A program made the translations under genes and the position numbers. This document shows positions 1 through 10,012 of a DNA stretch of 64,000 nucleotides, one piece after another. This DNA comes from Leptonemataceae bacterium. Its GTDB lineage: Bacteria > Spirochaetota > Leptospiria > Leptospirales > Leptonemataceae. The notes under the pieces were generated by a model. That model was given only the letters and a program-made list of their open reading frames with translations. It ran no database searches and was not told the DNA's origin. The stretch spans positions 3,648,001-3,712,000 of the forward strand of contig OZ245742.1 in assembly GCA_965227295.1 (NCBI GenBank). The letters are read 5' to 3'. The stretch's first letter is position 1; every line of letters begins with the position of its first letter.

Positions 1-726
1 TACCTCTCGCAGGGTTCGCGAGTGGATGCCCGGCGCTATCTTTCGTATCTCTCCGGTCGCGGCGACGGCCGGGTCTTCGATAAAACGACGGTTTCCGTGG
101 ATGAGGATCGCCTGAAAGGCGTGGAGATCATCTTCGCCGTAAACAAAGGCCGGCGCATGTTTAACTTCGAGTATTCGATCGCGACGCTCGTGTCGATCAT
201 GAGTTGTTCGATCATTATGGACAATCATAAGTTGCCGTTCGGCGTGGTGGGCTACTCCGACCTGACGAACGCCAAGCGGGACATCGATCTCATGTGGTAC
301 AAGCGCCTGGAAGAGGATTTTTCCCTGCCCGGTGAGGAACAATTGTTTCACGGCCTGGTCCGCGACTGGCACGGGGATACGGTGGCCGAGGCCCAGGTCC
401 TGGAAGAACTCGGGGAATCGTTCACGGCCGAGGCGCGCACGCGGATCATCGTCATGGTTTCGGACTTTCGCGGCCCGCGCGGTAAGGTTACGATCGAAAA
501 GGATTTATCCAGTCGCGAGACGACGATCCTCAAGCAGACGATCGACGATCTGACGAAGCGCGGTGTGATTCTGATGGGCGTCGGCACGGGCCCGCGCGCC
601 ATCGCCGACGCGATCTTCCCGGAGTCCGTGCAGGTCGGCGGCGAGAACTTCGCGAACCTGCCGGCGCTCATGGCGGGGAGGGTGACGGAGCTGGTGCACA
701 AGCATCACAACGCGGCGGTGCTGTAA
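1..726 (+). CDS. vWA-domain protein, CobT/NorD-like C-terminus (5' partial)
   Basis: Frame is open from the window edge. 'DARRYL..GDGRVF' precedes a vWA-like fold with 'RIIVMVSD' and 'GVILMGVG'. Confidence 0.55.
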   Translation, partial: YLSQGSRVDARRYLSYLSGRGDGRVFDKTTVSVDEDRLKGVEIIFAVNKGRRMFNFEYSIATLVSIMSCSIIMDNHKLPFGVVGYSDLTNAKRDIDLMWYKRLEEDFSLPGEEQLFHGLVRDWHGDTVAEAQVLEELGESFTAEARTRIIVMVSDFRGPRGKVTIEKDLSSRETTILKQTIDDLTKRGVILMGVGTGPRAIADAIFPESVQVGGENFANLPALMAGRVTELVHKHHNAAVL

Positions 727-734
727 GAACTTTT

Positions 735-760
735 GCCACAGAGGCACAGAGAGCACAGAG
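735..760 (+). repeat. 26-bp tripartite repeat (family B), copy 1
   Basis: GCCACAGAG GCACAGAG AGCACAGAG; related copies at 27632, 37426, 37519, 46470 and 46505. Confidence 0.75.
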
Positions 761-783
761 GGTTTGCGGTGAGCTTGATTTTT

Positions 784-895
784 CGCGCCAGGGATTGGAA
801 GGGTCGCGCGTGAGCGCGAGTCTTTGCGTAGCAAAGACCGAAGGCGAAGCCGGAGCCCTGGAAAGCCCGACCGCCGCAACGCGGCGGGGGCGCCC
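784..895 (+). repeat. Structured palindromic element (family A, Flavo-1-like), copy 1
   Basis: CGCGCCAGGGATTGGAAGGG...CCCTGGAAAGCCCGACC...GGCGCCC with four internal hairpins; matches four other copies in the window. Confidence 0.85.
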
Positions 896-979
896 AAAAG
901 ATGCTTATCCGTTTTACTATACGATGATTCCGCGCCGTTGACGAATGTCGGGCGCGTTTGCGCGATAGCAGAGCTGAGT

Positions 980-1660
980 ATGCCCAGGAAAAAGAAAGAC
1001 ATTAAAAATTCCAAAGACAAGGCCGCAAAGAAATCGAAGGACAAAGCCGCGAATAAGAAATCGAAGAAAGCTAAGTCCTGGGCGGATTATGTTAAGATTC
1101 ACGGCCAGGGCGAACTCAAGGCCTTTGTACACCCCGCCGCCACCGTGGAGGGGGATGTGGAACTCGGCGAGGGCTCGTCCATCTGGGCCGGGGCCGTCTT
1201 GCGCGGGGATCTGAACCGCATTGAGCTCGGACGTTTCGTGAACATCCAGGACAACACCACGTTGCACGTCGACGGCCGGTCGCCCATGAGCATCGGTGAT
1301 TATACTCTGGTGGGCCACAACGTTATGCTGCACGGTTGTGTGATCGGCCGGGGCGTTATGATCGGCATCGGCAGCATCGTGCTCGATCATGCCGAAATCG
1401 GTGACGGGGCCATGATTACGGCGGGTTGTTTGATTCGCGGCGGTAAGAAGATCCCGCCCCGGGCGCTCGTGGTGCAGAAGGGTGCCGAGCTCAAGATCAT
1501 CGAGAACGGGGCGAAGACCGATCTTACGGTGACCGGCTCGCTGGAGTACTTTGAGCTGGGGAAACGGTATCGGAAAGGTGTCGTGAAGAAACTGGAGCGT
1601 TCCGAAGAGCTGGAGATGCACACCCGGGCGAAAGCGATTATTGCGGAGCTGGGAATCTAA
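980..1660 (+). CDS. Gamma carbonic anhydrase family (hexapeptide repeat) protein with Lys-rich N-terminus
   Basis: 'GAVLRGD', 'NIQDNTTLH' and 'VGHNVMLHGC' motifs. ATG at 980 preferred over the longer ORF, which starts inside a repeat. Confidence 0.9.
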   Translation: MPRKKKDIKNSKDKAAKKSKDKAANKKSKKAKSWADYVKIHGQGELKAFVHPAATVEGDVELGEGSSIWAGAVLRGDLNRIELGRFVNIQDNTTLHVDGRSPMSIGDYTLVGHNVMLHGCVIGRGVMIGIGSIVLDHAEIGDGAMITAGCLIRGGKKIPPRALVVQKGAELKIIENGAKTDLTVTGSLEYFELGKRYRKGVVKKLERSEELEMHTRAKAIIAELGI

Positions 1661-1665
1661 GATGC

Positions 1666-2004
1666 TTACGAGAGATACTGGCTCTCGAATTCTTCGGGCG
1701 TGACGATTTTGAAGAAGTTATCCAGCTTCGCCAGCCGAAAGACGTTGAGGATCATGGGCTTGAGGCCGAAGAGGATCATCTCGCCGCCGTAGTTTTTTAC
1801 TTTGTTCAACCCTTTGATCATGGAACCCATGCCCGAGGAGTCGATGAAGTTCACCGCGGTCATGTCCACGCCGACCTTCGCCGGGCGGTCGCCGATCATG
1901 TCTTCGAAGTTTTTTTCGAAGGTCTCGGACTGCTCGATATCGAATTTCCCTTCCAGTTTGAGTACAAGAAGGTCGTCGCCGTGCCTGGTCTTCGTTAGAT
2001 CCAC
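1666..2004 (-). CDS. STAS-domain anti-sigma factor antagonist
   Basis: 'VDMTAVNFIDSSGMG' phosphorylation motif; 112 aa. Confidence 0.9.
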   Translation of the reverse strand: MDLTKTRHGDDLLVLKLEGKFDIEQSETFEKNFEDMIGDRPAKVGVDMTAVNFIDSSGMGSMIKGLNKVKNYGGEMILFGLKPMILNVFRLAKLDNFFKIVTPEEFESQYLS

Positions 2005-2058
2005 GGTGGCAACCTTGTATGATTTACAGTTTCAGTCAATCCATTTGAGCCGTGCCGT

Positions 2059-3108
2059 TCAATGAATGCGGCGACGCACGGCAAATTCCAGGCCGGCTTC
2101 TTTTGTGTTGATCCACACCGCCTGACTTCCGGCCAGGGCCACCACGAGCGCCTCGCTGGCGTAGCCGCCCTCGGCCTGCAGTTGTCCGCGGCTGTAGTAG
2201 CGATGGCCGTAGAATCGCAGCGAGATATCGTAGTCCTCGTTCAGGTGATACTCCGCGCCCAGATTCAACAGAAAGCCCTCGCCGCCGCCGTACTCCACAA
2301 TGAAGTTGATTCCCCGCTGGACGTGATGATCCCGCGCGTAGTTGTAACCGCTGACGAGTAGCAGATTCGCGTCGAATCGAAACTTGCCGGTGCGGAAGCG
2401 ATAGCCCGGACCCACGGGAAACTCCAGCACGGAATTCGCGAAGCTGTTGCCGAGGCCGATGGGGCCGTAGAGTAACAGGCTGCCCGTGCCGATCCACTGC
2501 ACCGCATCGTAGGTATTAAACTTGAAGTACGCGTAGCGCAGCGAGGCGCCGAGATACAGGCCGTCGTCCGCATCGCTCCGGGGCAGGCGTCCGGTTTGCC
2601 ATAGTTGTACGAGGGGACTCACGTAGAGTTTCAGCGAGGCTTCGAGATCGTAGTGTTGCATGTCCGTGCGCGCATAGGAGAGGGCGAAGTTCCGATTGCC
2701 GGAGAAGATCTCGGCGGAATCTCGAAAGGCCCACTTCGAAGTATCGAAACCGTTCTCGTGCTGGCTGGAATTGGACAGGGGCAGGACGAAGTCTTCGTTG
2801 TAGGTCGTGCCGGTGTCGACATACCGAAACGTCGTGCGATAACTAAAACCCGCGTCGATCAGAGAGCGCGAGAAGTCCAGGCGGAGCCCGTAGTAATCGA
2901 AGTTCCGCGGATACGTGAGTCGCGATCCGCCGGCGAAACCCGAAGCGTCCGGCGTGCGGCTGCCGGTTTCCAGGACGTGTTTGCCTTCGTTGCGGCCGTA
3001 GATGAGCCCGGCCCGAACGTCGACGGCATCCGCCAGGACGGCGGAAAATCCGCCGGAAAAAAGAATCGCTGAAAAACCCGCGACGAAGATTCTGGCGGTG
3101 CCTGGCAT
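2059..3108 (-). CDS. Outer-membrane beta-barrel protein (omptin-like putative porin)
   Basis: Signal peptide ending 'AVLA-D'; amphipathic aromatic-rich beta strands; 'GGSRLTYP' near the N-terminus. Confidence 0.6.
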   Translation of the reverse strand: MPGTARIFVAGFSAILFSGGFSAVLADAVDVRAGLIYGRNEGKHVLETGSRTPDASGFAGGSRLTYPRNFDYYGLRLDFSRSLIDAGFSYRTTFRYVDTGTTYNEDFVLPLSNSSQHENGFDTSKWAFRDSAEIFSGNRNFALSYARTDMQHYDLEASLKLYVSPLVQLWQTGRLPRSDADDGLYLGASLRYAYFKFNTYDAVQWIGTGSLLLYGPIGLGNSFANSVLEFPVGPGYRFRTGKFRFDANLLLVSGYNYARDHHVQRGINFIVEYGGGEGFLLNLGAEYHLNEDYDISLRFYGHRYYSRGQLQAEGGYASEALVVALAGSQAVWINTKEAGLEFAVRRRIH

Positions 3109-3135
3109 TCCCACTATCCCTGAGCCCCCGGACGG

Positions 3136-3714
3136 ATGATCAACAAGATTCGCACCTATATTCGCTCGAATTTCTTTACGCTGGCCCTGCTCGTGCTGGT
3201 GCTTTCTTACCTGGCGTACCAACGCCTGCCTGCGTTCTTGAACGATCGCGAACTCATCGGCTCTGCGGCGCCGGATTTTACGCTGCCGGTGATGGCCGAG
3301 CGCGAAGGCGAGACCGACGGCGTGGTTACGTTAAGTGAACTTCGCGGCAAGAAGGTGCTGCTGAATTTCTGGGGGACCTGGTGCGGCCCCTGTGTTTCCG
3401 AGGTGCCGGCCCTCATCGAAATCACCGATGAACTGCGCGGTGCGAACTTTGTGATGCTGGCCATTACCGAAGAGAATCCCGGCGTGGTGCGCAGCTTTGC
3501 CCGCGAGAAGGGCATCAACTATCCCGTCGTCTTCGACAACGCCGCGCGCGTGCACCGGGACTATCGTGTGAATCTATTTCCGACGATGGTCTGGATCGAC
3601 GAACAGGGAAACGTCGAAAGCATCGGCCACGGTCTGGACTTTGTGTTGACATACAAGATTCGCGAGTGGGTCACGGGCAGTTACTTTGCTGAAAATGACG
3701 GAGGCGAATCGTGA
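3136..3714 (+). CDS. TlpA/ResA thiol-disulfide oxidoreductase
   Basis: N-terminal TM anchor, 'APDFTL', 'LNFWGTWCGPC'. Confidence 0.9.
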   Translation: MINKIRTYIRSNFFTLALLVLVLSYLAYQRLPAFLNDRELIGSAAPDFTLPVMAEREGETDGVVTLSELRGKKVLLNFWGTWCGPCVSEVPALIEITDELRGANFVMLAITEENPGVVRSFAREKGINYPVVFDNAARVHRDYRVNLFPTMVWIDEQGNVESIGHGLDFVLTYKIREWVTGSYFAENDGGES

Positions 3715-5654
3715 GCAGTCCGGCTACCGAACATTCCAATCGTAAGATCGCCGTCGTGGACTTCGGCGGCCAGTACGCGCATTTGATCGCGTCACGGCTG
3801 CGCCGTTTGGGAGCTTACTCGGAAATCCGCAATCCCTCGGAGTTTACGGCGGCGATCGCGAAACGCGAGTACTCCGGCATCGTATTTTCCGGCGGCCCGG
3901 CTTCGGTGTACGCTCCGGGCGCTCCCGCGAGCCGGCCGGAATTGATCGAAGCGGGGTTACCGCTGCTCGGCATTTGTTACGGCCACCAGCTATTGATGCA
4001 CCAGGCCGGCGGGCGCGTCAGTCAATCGGCGAGCCAGGAGTTCGGTCCCGCGCGCCTGGGCTTAGCTGACACTCGCGGAATCTTTAGCGGAGAGGCCCCG
4101 AGTCATACGATAGACGGGCCGGTGGTCTGGATGTCTCACGGCGATGAGGTCCACGAGCTGCCGCCGGGATTCATTACCCTCGCGAGTACCGAGGACTGCC
4201 GTTTCGCCGCGGTGGGGGACCTGGATCGCAAGCTCTTCGGCCTGCAGTTTCATCCGGAAGTCAAAGAGAGCGAGCGCGGGGACGAGTATCTTAAAGCATT
4301 TATTAAGATCTGCGGCCTGGAAGGTTCGTGGAGCCTGGGCGACTTCTTAAAGGACGAAGTGGAGAAGTTACGCGAGGACGTCGGCGAAAAGAAGATCTTT
4401 TTTCTGATTTCCGGGGGCGTCGACTCCACCGTGGCCTTCGCTTTGCTTGCGCGCGCTCTGCCCGCGGAACATCTGGTCGGCCTCTTCGTGGACACGGGGT
4501 TCATGCGCGATCGTGAGGGCGCCGAGGTCCGCGAGGCTCTGAACGCCGTGGGCGTGCAGTTGCACACCGCCGAGGCCGCGGAGCGTTACTTCGCGGAACT
4601 GAAAGACGTCTACGATCCCGAAGAAAAACGCCGCATCATCGGCGAGCTCTTTATTAACGTACAGGCAGATGAAGTCAGCCGTCTCGAATTGAACGCCGGG
4701 GAATGGTTTCTGGGCCAGGGCACGATCTATCCGGACACCATCGAATCCGGGGCAACCGACCACAGTCACAAGATCAAAACGCATCACAATCGTGTGGCCG
4801 CCGTGGAAGAACTCATTAAGAAAGGGCGCGTTGTCGAGCCCATCCGCGAACTCTACAAGGACGAGGTGCGGCGCCTGGGTTCGTTGCTCGGCCTGCCGGA
4901 CAGCATCGTGCTCCGCCATCCCTTCCCGGGCCCCGGTCTCGCCGTGCGTTGTTTGTGTCTGGAAAAACCGCCGGAGGACGGCGACGGCGAACGTGAGGCG
5001 GCCGCCGTCCTCGGGCCGCGCGTATCGCGTACTTCGGGCGACGGCGAAGCCGCGGCGATTCAAGAACGGCTGGATCGCGCCGGCGTTGCCGCGCTGCTCT
5101 TGCCGGTGTACTCCGTCGGCGTACAGGGCGATCAGCGCAGTTACGCCCGCTGCGCGGTTCTGTTTCCGGACACAGCCGCACGCATTTCAGCTCCGGCGGA
5201 TCTCGATGCCTGGAACGATGCGCTGGAAATCGCGCGGCGCATCCCCAATCGTTTTCGTTCGCTGAACCGCGTGCTCTATTGCGCGGCCCGGGCCGACGCG
5301 GGAACGACGTATCCCGAAATCCAGGCCCGCTTTCCAGTGGACCTCAGCCCGGAGCGCATCGAACTTCTGCGTCGGGCGGATCGCATCGTGCACGACTTTC
5401 AGATTGAGGCGCAGATCTACGGCGAGATCTGGCAGTTTCCGACGGTATTGGTACCGGCGGGTAACGGCGCGGGTTTGGGGGAGAGCATCGTGCTGCGCCC
5501 CATCACTTCGACGGACGCCATGACCGCCTCGGTGTATCGCATGCGTGAAGAGCATCTGCGCAGCCTGGCGGAGCGCCTTGTCGCGCTGGACGGCGTGGAC
5601 TTCGTGTTTTATGATTTAACGAGCAAGCCGCCGGGCACCATTGAATGGGAATGA
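3711..5654 (+). CDS. guaA: GMP synthase (glutamine-hydrolysing)
   Basis: 'DFGGQY', 'GICYGHQ', 'QFHPEV', 'SGGVDS', 'IKTHHN', and C-terminal '[10 protein letters not shown]'. Confidence 0.97.
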   Translation: MSSPATEHSNRKIAVVDFGGQYAHLIASRLRRLGAYSEIRNPSEFTAAIAKREYSGIVFSGGPASVYAPGAPASRPELIEAGLPLLGICYGHQLLMHQAGGRVSQSASQEFGPARLGLADTRGIFSGEAPSHTIDGPVVWMSHGDEVHELPPGFITLASTEDCRFAAVGDLDRKLFGLQFHPEVKESERGDEYLKAFIKICGLEGSWSLGDFLKDEVEKLREDVGEKKIFFLISGGVDSTVAFALLARALPAEHLVGLFVDTGFMRDREGAEVREALNAVGVQLHTAEAAERYFAELKDVYDPEEKRRIIGELFINVQADEVSRLELNAGEWFLGQGTIYPDTIESGATDHSHKIKTHHNRVAAVEELIKKGRVVEPIRELYKDEVRRLGSLLGLPDSIVLRHPFPGPGLAVRCLCLEKPPEDGDGEREAAAVLGPRVSRTSGDGEAAAIQERLDRAGVAALLLPVYSVGVQGDQRSYARCAVLFPDTAARISAPADLDAWNDALEIARRIPNRFRSLNRVLYCAARADAGTTYPEIQARFPVDLSPERIELLRRADRIVHDFQIEAQIYGEIWQFPTVLVPAGNGAGLGESIVLRPITSTDAMTASVYRMREEHLRSLAERLVALDGVDFVFYDLTSKPPGTIEWE

Positions 5655-5691
5655 GCCGGCGCAAGATACTAACTTTGCACAGGAACATGTT

Positions 5692-6156
5692 ATGAGTGAA
5701 AGACCGTTTCGGATTTTAGGATTGCAGCAGATCGCCGTGGGCGGCACGGACAAGAGTGCCCTCGCGAAGCTCTGGGTGGAACTCTTCGGCCTGAGCGTGC
5801 ACGACACCTACAAGAGCGAGAAAGAGAACGTCGACGAGGACATTCTGCGCCTGGGCAAGGGCCCGCACGCCGTCGAGGTGGACATCATGCAACCCATCGA
5901 TCCGGAGCAGAGCCCGAAAGTACACGTGCCGCCGTTGAATCACATCGGCCTGTGGGTGGACGATCTGGCCGCCTGTGTCGAGTACTTAACGAAAGCCGGA
6001 GTACGGTTTACACCGGGCGGCATCCGCAAGGGCGCGGCCGGTTACGACGTGACCTTTATTCATCCGAAAGGGAACGACGACGCCCCGGTGGGCGGCCAGG
6101 GCGTGCTGATCGAACTGGTGCAGGCCCCGGAAGACGTAATCCAGGCGCTGGGTTGA
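5692..6156 (+). CDS. VOC/glyoxalase family protein (methylmalonyl-CoA epimerase-like)
   Basis: '[11 protein letters not shown]', 'FIHPK', 'GVLIELVQ'. Confidence 0.85.
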   Translation: MSERPFRILGLQQIAVGGTDKSALAKLWVELFGLSVHDTYKSEKENVDEDILRLGKGPHAVEVDIMQPIDPEQSPKVHVPPLNHIGLWVDDLAACVEYLTKAGVRFTPGGIRKGAAGYDVTFIHPKGNDDAPVGGQGVLIELVQAPEDVIQALG

Positions 6157-6162
6157 GTTTGT

Positions 6163-6600
6163 ATGGCGGCGGAGCCGGAGTTGAACTTTGAAGAGGTCGC
6201 GAATCCATCGCCGGCCCTCCAGGAAGCGCTCTGGAATAACTTGCAAACTTTCAGCGATTCGAAGCTAAAGAACCCCGCTCTAGCACACACCGGCTCCGTG
6301 GCAGTCATTGCCCGGGAAGGGCAGCGCCTGGTCGCCGGCATGCTCGCCGTAATCTACGTCGGCGGCATGAACCTGCAATGCCTGTGGATCGACGAACCCC
6401 TGCGCGGCCACGGCCTGGGCAAACGCCTGCTCGACGCCGCCGAGGACATCGCGCGTCGGCATAAATGCAGCGTGATTTTCGGGCATTCTTTCGGATTCCA
6501 GGCGCCGGAGTTTTATCTGAGAGCCGGCTACGAGGAGTTCGGTTCCATTCCCGAATTCCCGCCGGGCTACGGCTGTATTTTTCTGCGCAAGCTGTTATGA
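6163..6600 (+). CDS. GNAT family N-acetyltransferase
   Basis: 'LWIDEPLRGHGLGKRLL', 'FQAPEFY'. Confidence 0.9.
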   Translation: MAAEPELNFEEVANPSPALQEALWNNLQTFSDSKLKNPALAHTGSVAVIAREGQRLVAGMLAVIYVGGMNLQCLWIDEPLRGHGLGKRLLDAAEDIARRHKCSVIFGHSFGFQAPEFYLRAGYEEFGSIPEFPPGYGCIFLRKLL

Positions 6601-7008
6601 TGTTCGCAGATAATCCCGCATGGCCTCATGCACGCCGTCCGGCCACGGCGTAAGTTTCTTTTCGTCGACATTAGCGGAGCCGTACAGAAAATCCATGTAG
6701 CAACGTTCTTCGCCGTTGCAAGTGGCTCGCAGGTGTATTTGGGCGTGGGTATCCCGCAGGCGTTTGACGTAGAGTTCGAAGTCCAGGACGTTGTTTAAGA
6801 ACGTGGGTTTGCGAAAGTGGGCGTCGATGTGCATGGCGGGCAGGCCGTGGCGCTCCTGAATGACCAGGCGATGGAAGCTGTAGCCGATGTGCGCCCACCA
6901 ATCTTCCAGTACCTCCACGAAGAGATTGAAGTACTGCGGCGTAAAGACGATGCCGCCGGGATCGCAGTGCTGGAAGCGGACGAGTTTCTGAGTCGTGAAC
7001 GTTTTCAA
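6595..7008 (-). CDS. Acyl-CoA thioesterase (4HBT hotdog fold)
   Basis: 'VRFQHCDPGGIVFTPQYF' motif. Only the 3' part of the 350-aa ORF looks real; TTG start at 7008 assumed. Confidence 0.85.
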   Translation of the reverse strand: MKTFTTQKLVRFQHCDPGGIVFTPQYFNLFVEVLEDWWAHIGYSFHRLVIQERHGLPAMHIDAHFRKPTFLNNVLDFELYVKRLRDTHAQIHLRATCNGEERCYMDFLYGSANVDEKKLTPWPDGVHEAMRDYLRTS

Positions 7009-7049
7009 AAGGCGAGCATCGTTCCGCTTTCGCGGGGCCGCAAGTACTT

Positions 7050-7640
7050 TCAATTCCGGCTGAACTTCGGTCGCCGCACGGCAAATCCCAGGATCAGCTT
7101 TGTCAGGAAGAGCGGGGCCAGGGCGTGGAGCGCGATGGGCTCCGGCGCGAATATGGTTCCGGCGCAGATGCCGCAGACCAGCAGGGCCGCGCCCAGGTTT
7201 TGCTGGAGTTCCGGATCGTTCACGGAGTTGACGAGGAAGGCAGCCGCGAGGGCGAAGACGCCGACGTACGCGAAGTAGGCCCACTGCTCCGGGAAGAGGA
7301 GTGTAAACAACGCCGGCTGCAAAACGTGCAGCAACAGAAAGCCGATGCGTCGACCATTCGCGCGCTGATAGTACTGATTTGTGGAACTGGAGAGATTCGC
7401 CGTGACGCCGCCGATGATGTCGACCAGCAGCACGGCGAGCAAAGCGGACTTCCAGAGCGGGAGCGGATACGGATACAGGGCGATGAAGAACAACACGGTG
7501 CCGGCCAGGGCGGAGGCGTAGACCAGGAGGATTTGCGAAAGGGGCGCGGTTTCGCCGTGCAGTTCGTGCAGGAATTTCGGGATTCGGATGTCGTTCACAG
7601 TTGAGGATGATAGCACGGTCGCGACGACATGCAATGACAT
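7050..7640 (-). CDS. Integral membrane protein of unknown function
   Basis: About six hydrophobic helices; 'DIIGGVTANLSSSTNQYY'. Start uncertain. Confidence 0.7.
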   Translation of the reverse strand: MSLHVVATVLSSSTVNDIRIPKFLHELHGETAPLSQILLVYASALAGTVLFFIALYPYPLPLWKSALLAVLLVDIIGGVTANLSSSTNQYYQRANGRRIGFLLLHVLQPALFTLLFPEQWAYFAYVGVFALAAAFLVNSVNDPELQQNLGAALLVCGICAGTIFAPEPIALHALAPLFLTKLILGFAVRRPKFSRN

Positions 7641-7743
7641 CCGTCAATTCCGGCCGCTGCCCCCGCCGCTCCGCGAAATATGTTGAAGCGTCAGCTCCCC
7701 GTAATACTGTCTCCCGATCGGCTGTGGAACAAGGACCCTTTTT

Positions 7744-9507
7744 ATGATAAACAATCTTTACCGCTCATGCATCACGACCCTTCTCGCGATTCTCGGGGCG
7801 TGCTTCTTTTTCACGTGTGGTGATCCGCCGTCGCCGGAACTGGTCTTTCACAACGGCCGCATCCTGACCATGCGTCCGGGAAGCTCTGAGACGCCCGCGG
7901 CGGTCCATGTTCGCGACGGCGTCATTGTAAACATCGGCAACGTCGAAGAAGTTTTCGCGGCGGCGCCGAATGCGCAGCGCATTGATCTGCACGGGGCCGC
8001 GCTTCTGCCTGGTTTCATCGCACCGCATACGCATCCGGAACTTTCAGCGTATCTTCACACCTTCGTCGATCTCAGCGGCTTCACGCATCGCACGCCCGAT
8101 CAGGTGTGGGACGCGTTGCGAGCCGCCGTGGCGGAAGCCGAACCCGGGGAATGGGTCTACTGTCGCGGTTTCGATCCGATCCTCATCGCCGGTCTCTCCG
8201 GTCCCACGCGACAGGAACTCGACGAGATCGCGCCGGAAAATCCGGTCGTGATCCTGGCGCAGTCCTTGCACACGGCCTGGGCCAACAGCCCGGCGTTTGC
8301 AGCGCTCGGCATCGATGCAAATACGCCGGATCCCGGTCCGGCTTCTTACTACGAGAAGAACGATGGTGGACTCAGCGGCATGATCGTGGAAGTCGAAGCG
8401 ATGCAGCCGTTCATGCAGGCGGCGCTACCGACCTTCGATATCAAAAAGAACTTTCAGGGCGTGCTCCGCGACTACAGTCGTCACGGCATTACGAGCATCG
8501 GTACGGCGGGGCTCTTCGGCAAAGACGATCGTCCGCTCATGATGTTACGCTGGCTGTCCGCCGAGAACCCGGGACTGCTGTTGCGCACGCTTGCTGTCTT
8601 CGGTTTTCTGCCGGAACGCGAGCCCGCGGTACGGAACTTCGTCTATCTCAAGGCCGACAGCCCGTTCGAACTTCCGGAGAGCCCGGAGCGAGAGGACACT
8701 AAGTTTCAAATAATAGGCATTAAGATGTGGTACGACGGTTCGCCGTACACCGGTAGCATGTATCTGCGGGAAGCATACAAACAAAGTGAGCTGATGCAGA
8801 GAGACCTCGGCGTTCCGGCAGGCAGTCGCGGGAGTTCGGTGATTTCCCGCGCAGAGTTCCGTGAAACGGCCGCGAGGTTTCACGGCCGGGGGTGGCAGCT
8901 CGCGGTGCACACCCAGGGCGATCAGGCGGCCCTGGAGGTGGTCGAAGAACTACGGGAAGTCCTGGGAGAGAATCCGCGGCCGGATCATCGTCATCGCCTG
9001 GAGCACGGTCTCTTGATTCCGAAAGACGTTATGCCGGACATTGCGGCGAGCGGTCTGAATCTCAGCTATCACATCAATCATCTTTACTACTACGGCGAGG
9101 CCCTGCGAACTTCCATCCTCGGCGAGGAACGCGCGGAAGAGATGCTGGCCGTGCGCAGCGCGCTGGACGCCGGGGTGACCGTGACGCTCCACGCCGATCA
9201 GCCCATGTATCCTGAGGATCCGCTGTCATTGATCGCCACGGCGGTGAATCGAAAGAGCCGCGACGGCCACGTGATCGGAGTCGGCCAGGCGATCAGTGTG
9301 AGTGAGGCGCTGCGTGCCGTGACCATCGACGCGGCCTGGCAACTCGGCATGGAAACGAAGCTGGGTTCGATTGAGGTCGGCAAGTACGCGGACTTCGTCG
9401 TGTTGGACCGCGATCCGCGTTCCGTTCCGAACGGCGAGCTACGTAAACTTCAGGTGCTGGAAACTTACGTGGGCGGCGTGCGCACGTATGCGGCAGGCGG
9501 GGCATGA
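7744..9507 (+). CDS. Amidohydrolase family 3 (YtcJ-like), probably a lipoprotein
   Basis: 'LLPGFIAPHTH', 'AVHTQGD', 'RHRLEH', 'GSIEVGKYADFVVL'. Confidence 0.9.
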   Translation: MINNLYRSCITTLLAILGACFFFTCGDPPSPELVFHNGRILTMRPGSSETPAAVHVRDGVIVNIGNVEEVFAAAPNAQRIDLHGAALLPGFIAPHTHPELSAYLHTFVDLSGFTHRTPDQVWDALRAAVAEAEPGEWVYCRGFDPILIAGLSGPTRQELDEIAPENPVVILAQSLHTAWANSPAFAALGIDANTPDPGPASYYEKNDGGLSGMIVEVEAMQPFMQAALPTFDIKKNFQGVLRDYSRHGITSIGTAGLFGKDDRPLMMLRWLSAENPGLLLRTLAVFGFLPEREPAVRNFVYLKADSPFELPESPEREDTKFQIIGIKMWYDGSPYTGSMYLREAYKQSELMQRDLGVPAGSRGSSVISRAEFRETAARFHGRGWQLAVHTQGDQAALEVVEELREVLGENPRPDHRHRLEHGLLIPKDVMPDIAASGLNLSYHINHLYYYGEALRTSILGEERAEEMLAVRSALDAGVTVTLHADQPMYPEDPLSLIATAVNRKSRDGHVIGVGQAISVSEALRAVTIDAAWQLGMETKLGSIEVGKYADFVVLDRDPRSVPNGELRKLQVLETYVGGVRTYAAGGA

Positions 9508-9561
9508 AAACATGCATCATGCTGCTCCGCCGGGCCGCGCAACGCCTGATCGAAGCGCATG

Positions 9562-9643
9562 TACCCGGGGCGGGACTTGAACCCGCACGACCGAAGTCCC
9601 GGGATTTTAAGTCCCGTATGTCTACCAATTCCATCACCCGGGC
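9562..9643 (-). tRNA. tRNA-Leu(UAA)
   Basis: GCCCGGGTGATGGAATTGGTAGAC...CGGGA CT TAA AA TCCCG...GGTTCAAGTCC; long variable arm. Confidence 0.95.
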
Positions 9644-9674
9644 ATAGGTGAACGCAGCAGGGGAGGCTGCGATG

Positions 9675-9745
9675 AGGCGTCGACCGGATTTGAACCGGTG
9701 ATGGGGCTTTTGCAGAGCCCTGCCTTACCACTTGGCTACGACGCC
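9675..9745 (-). tRNA. tRNA-Cys(GCA)
   Basis: GGCGTCGTAGCCAAGTGGTAAGGC...CT GCA AA...GGTTCAAATCC...GACGCCT. Confidence 0.95.
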
Positions 9746-9845
9746 GATCAGCGCGGCCGGCGAATCCCGGCCGTATCGGACAGACTCTCCGCGGAGCAGG
9801 GGGCGTCAAGTCTTTGGAAAACGGGTGACGTTCGTGGATGCCGAT

Positions 9846-9887
9846 TCTTGCGTTAGGGATCCGCAGGGTGGCCCGAAAGGCCAGTCC
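9846..9887 (+). repeat. Family A element, truncated half-copy inverted relative to copy 2
   Basis: TCTTGCGTTAGGGATCCGCAGGG-TGGCC CGAAA GGCCA-GTCC matches the first third of the element. Confidence 0.65.
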
Positions 9888-9893
9888 GCTTTT

Positions 9894-10006
9894 GGGCGCC
9901 TCGCCGCTTTGCGGCGACCGGGCTACTCCGGGCTCCGCTTCGCTCCGGCCTCGCCTGCGGCGAGTCTCGCGCTAACGCGCGACCCTGCGTATCCCTGGCG
10001 CGAAGA
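9894..10006 (-). repeat. Family A element, copy 2
   Basis: Minus strand reads TCTTCGCGCCAGGGATACGCAGGG...GCCCGGTCGCCGC AAA GCGGCGAGGCGCCC. Confidence 0.85.
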
Positions 10007-10012
10007 GAAAGA

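Noticed and set aside
824..979. N-terminal extension of the gamma carbonic anhydrase ORF
   Set aside because: It is read through a family A repeat; ATG at 980 is the more plausible start.
7009..7647. Long 5' extension of the thioesterase ORF overlapping the membrane protein gene
   Set aside because: Arg/Pro-rich off-frame shadow typical of high-GC DNA; thioesterase motifs begin only near 7008.
6163..9562. Possible integrative island at the tRNA-Leu 3' end
   Set aside because: No integrase and no duplicated tRNA 3' end seen.
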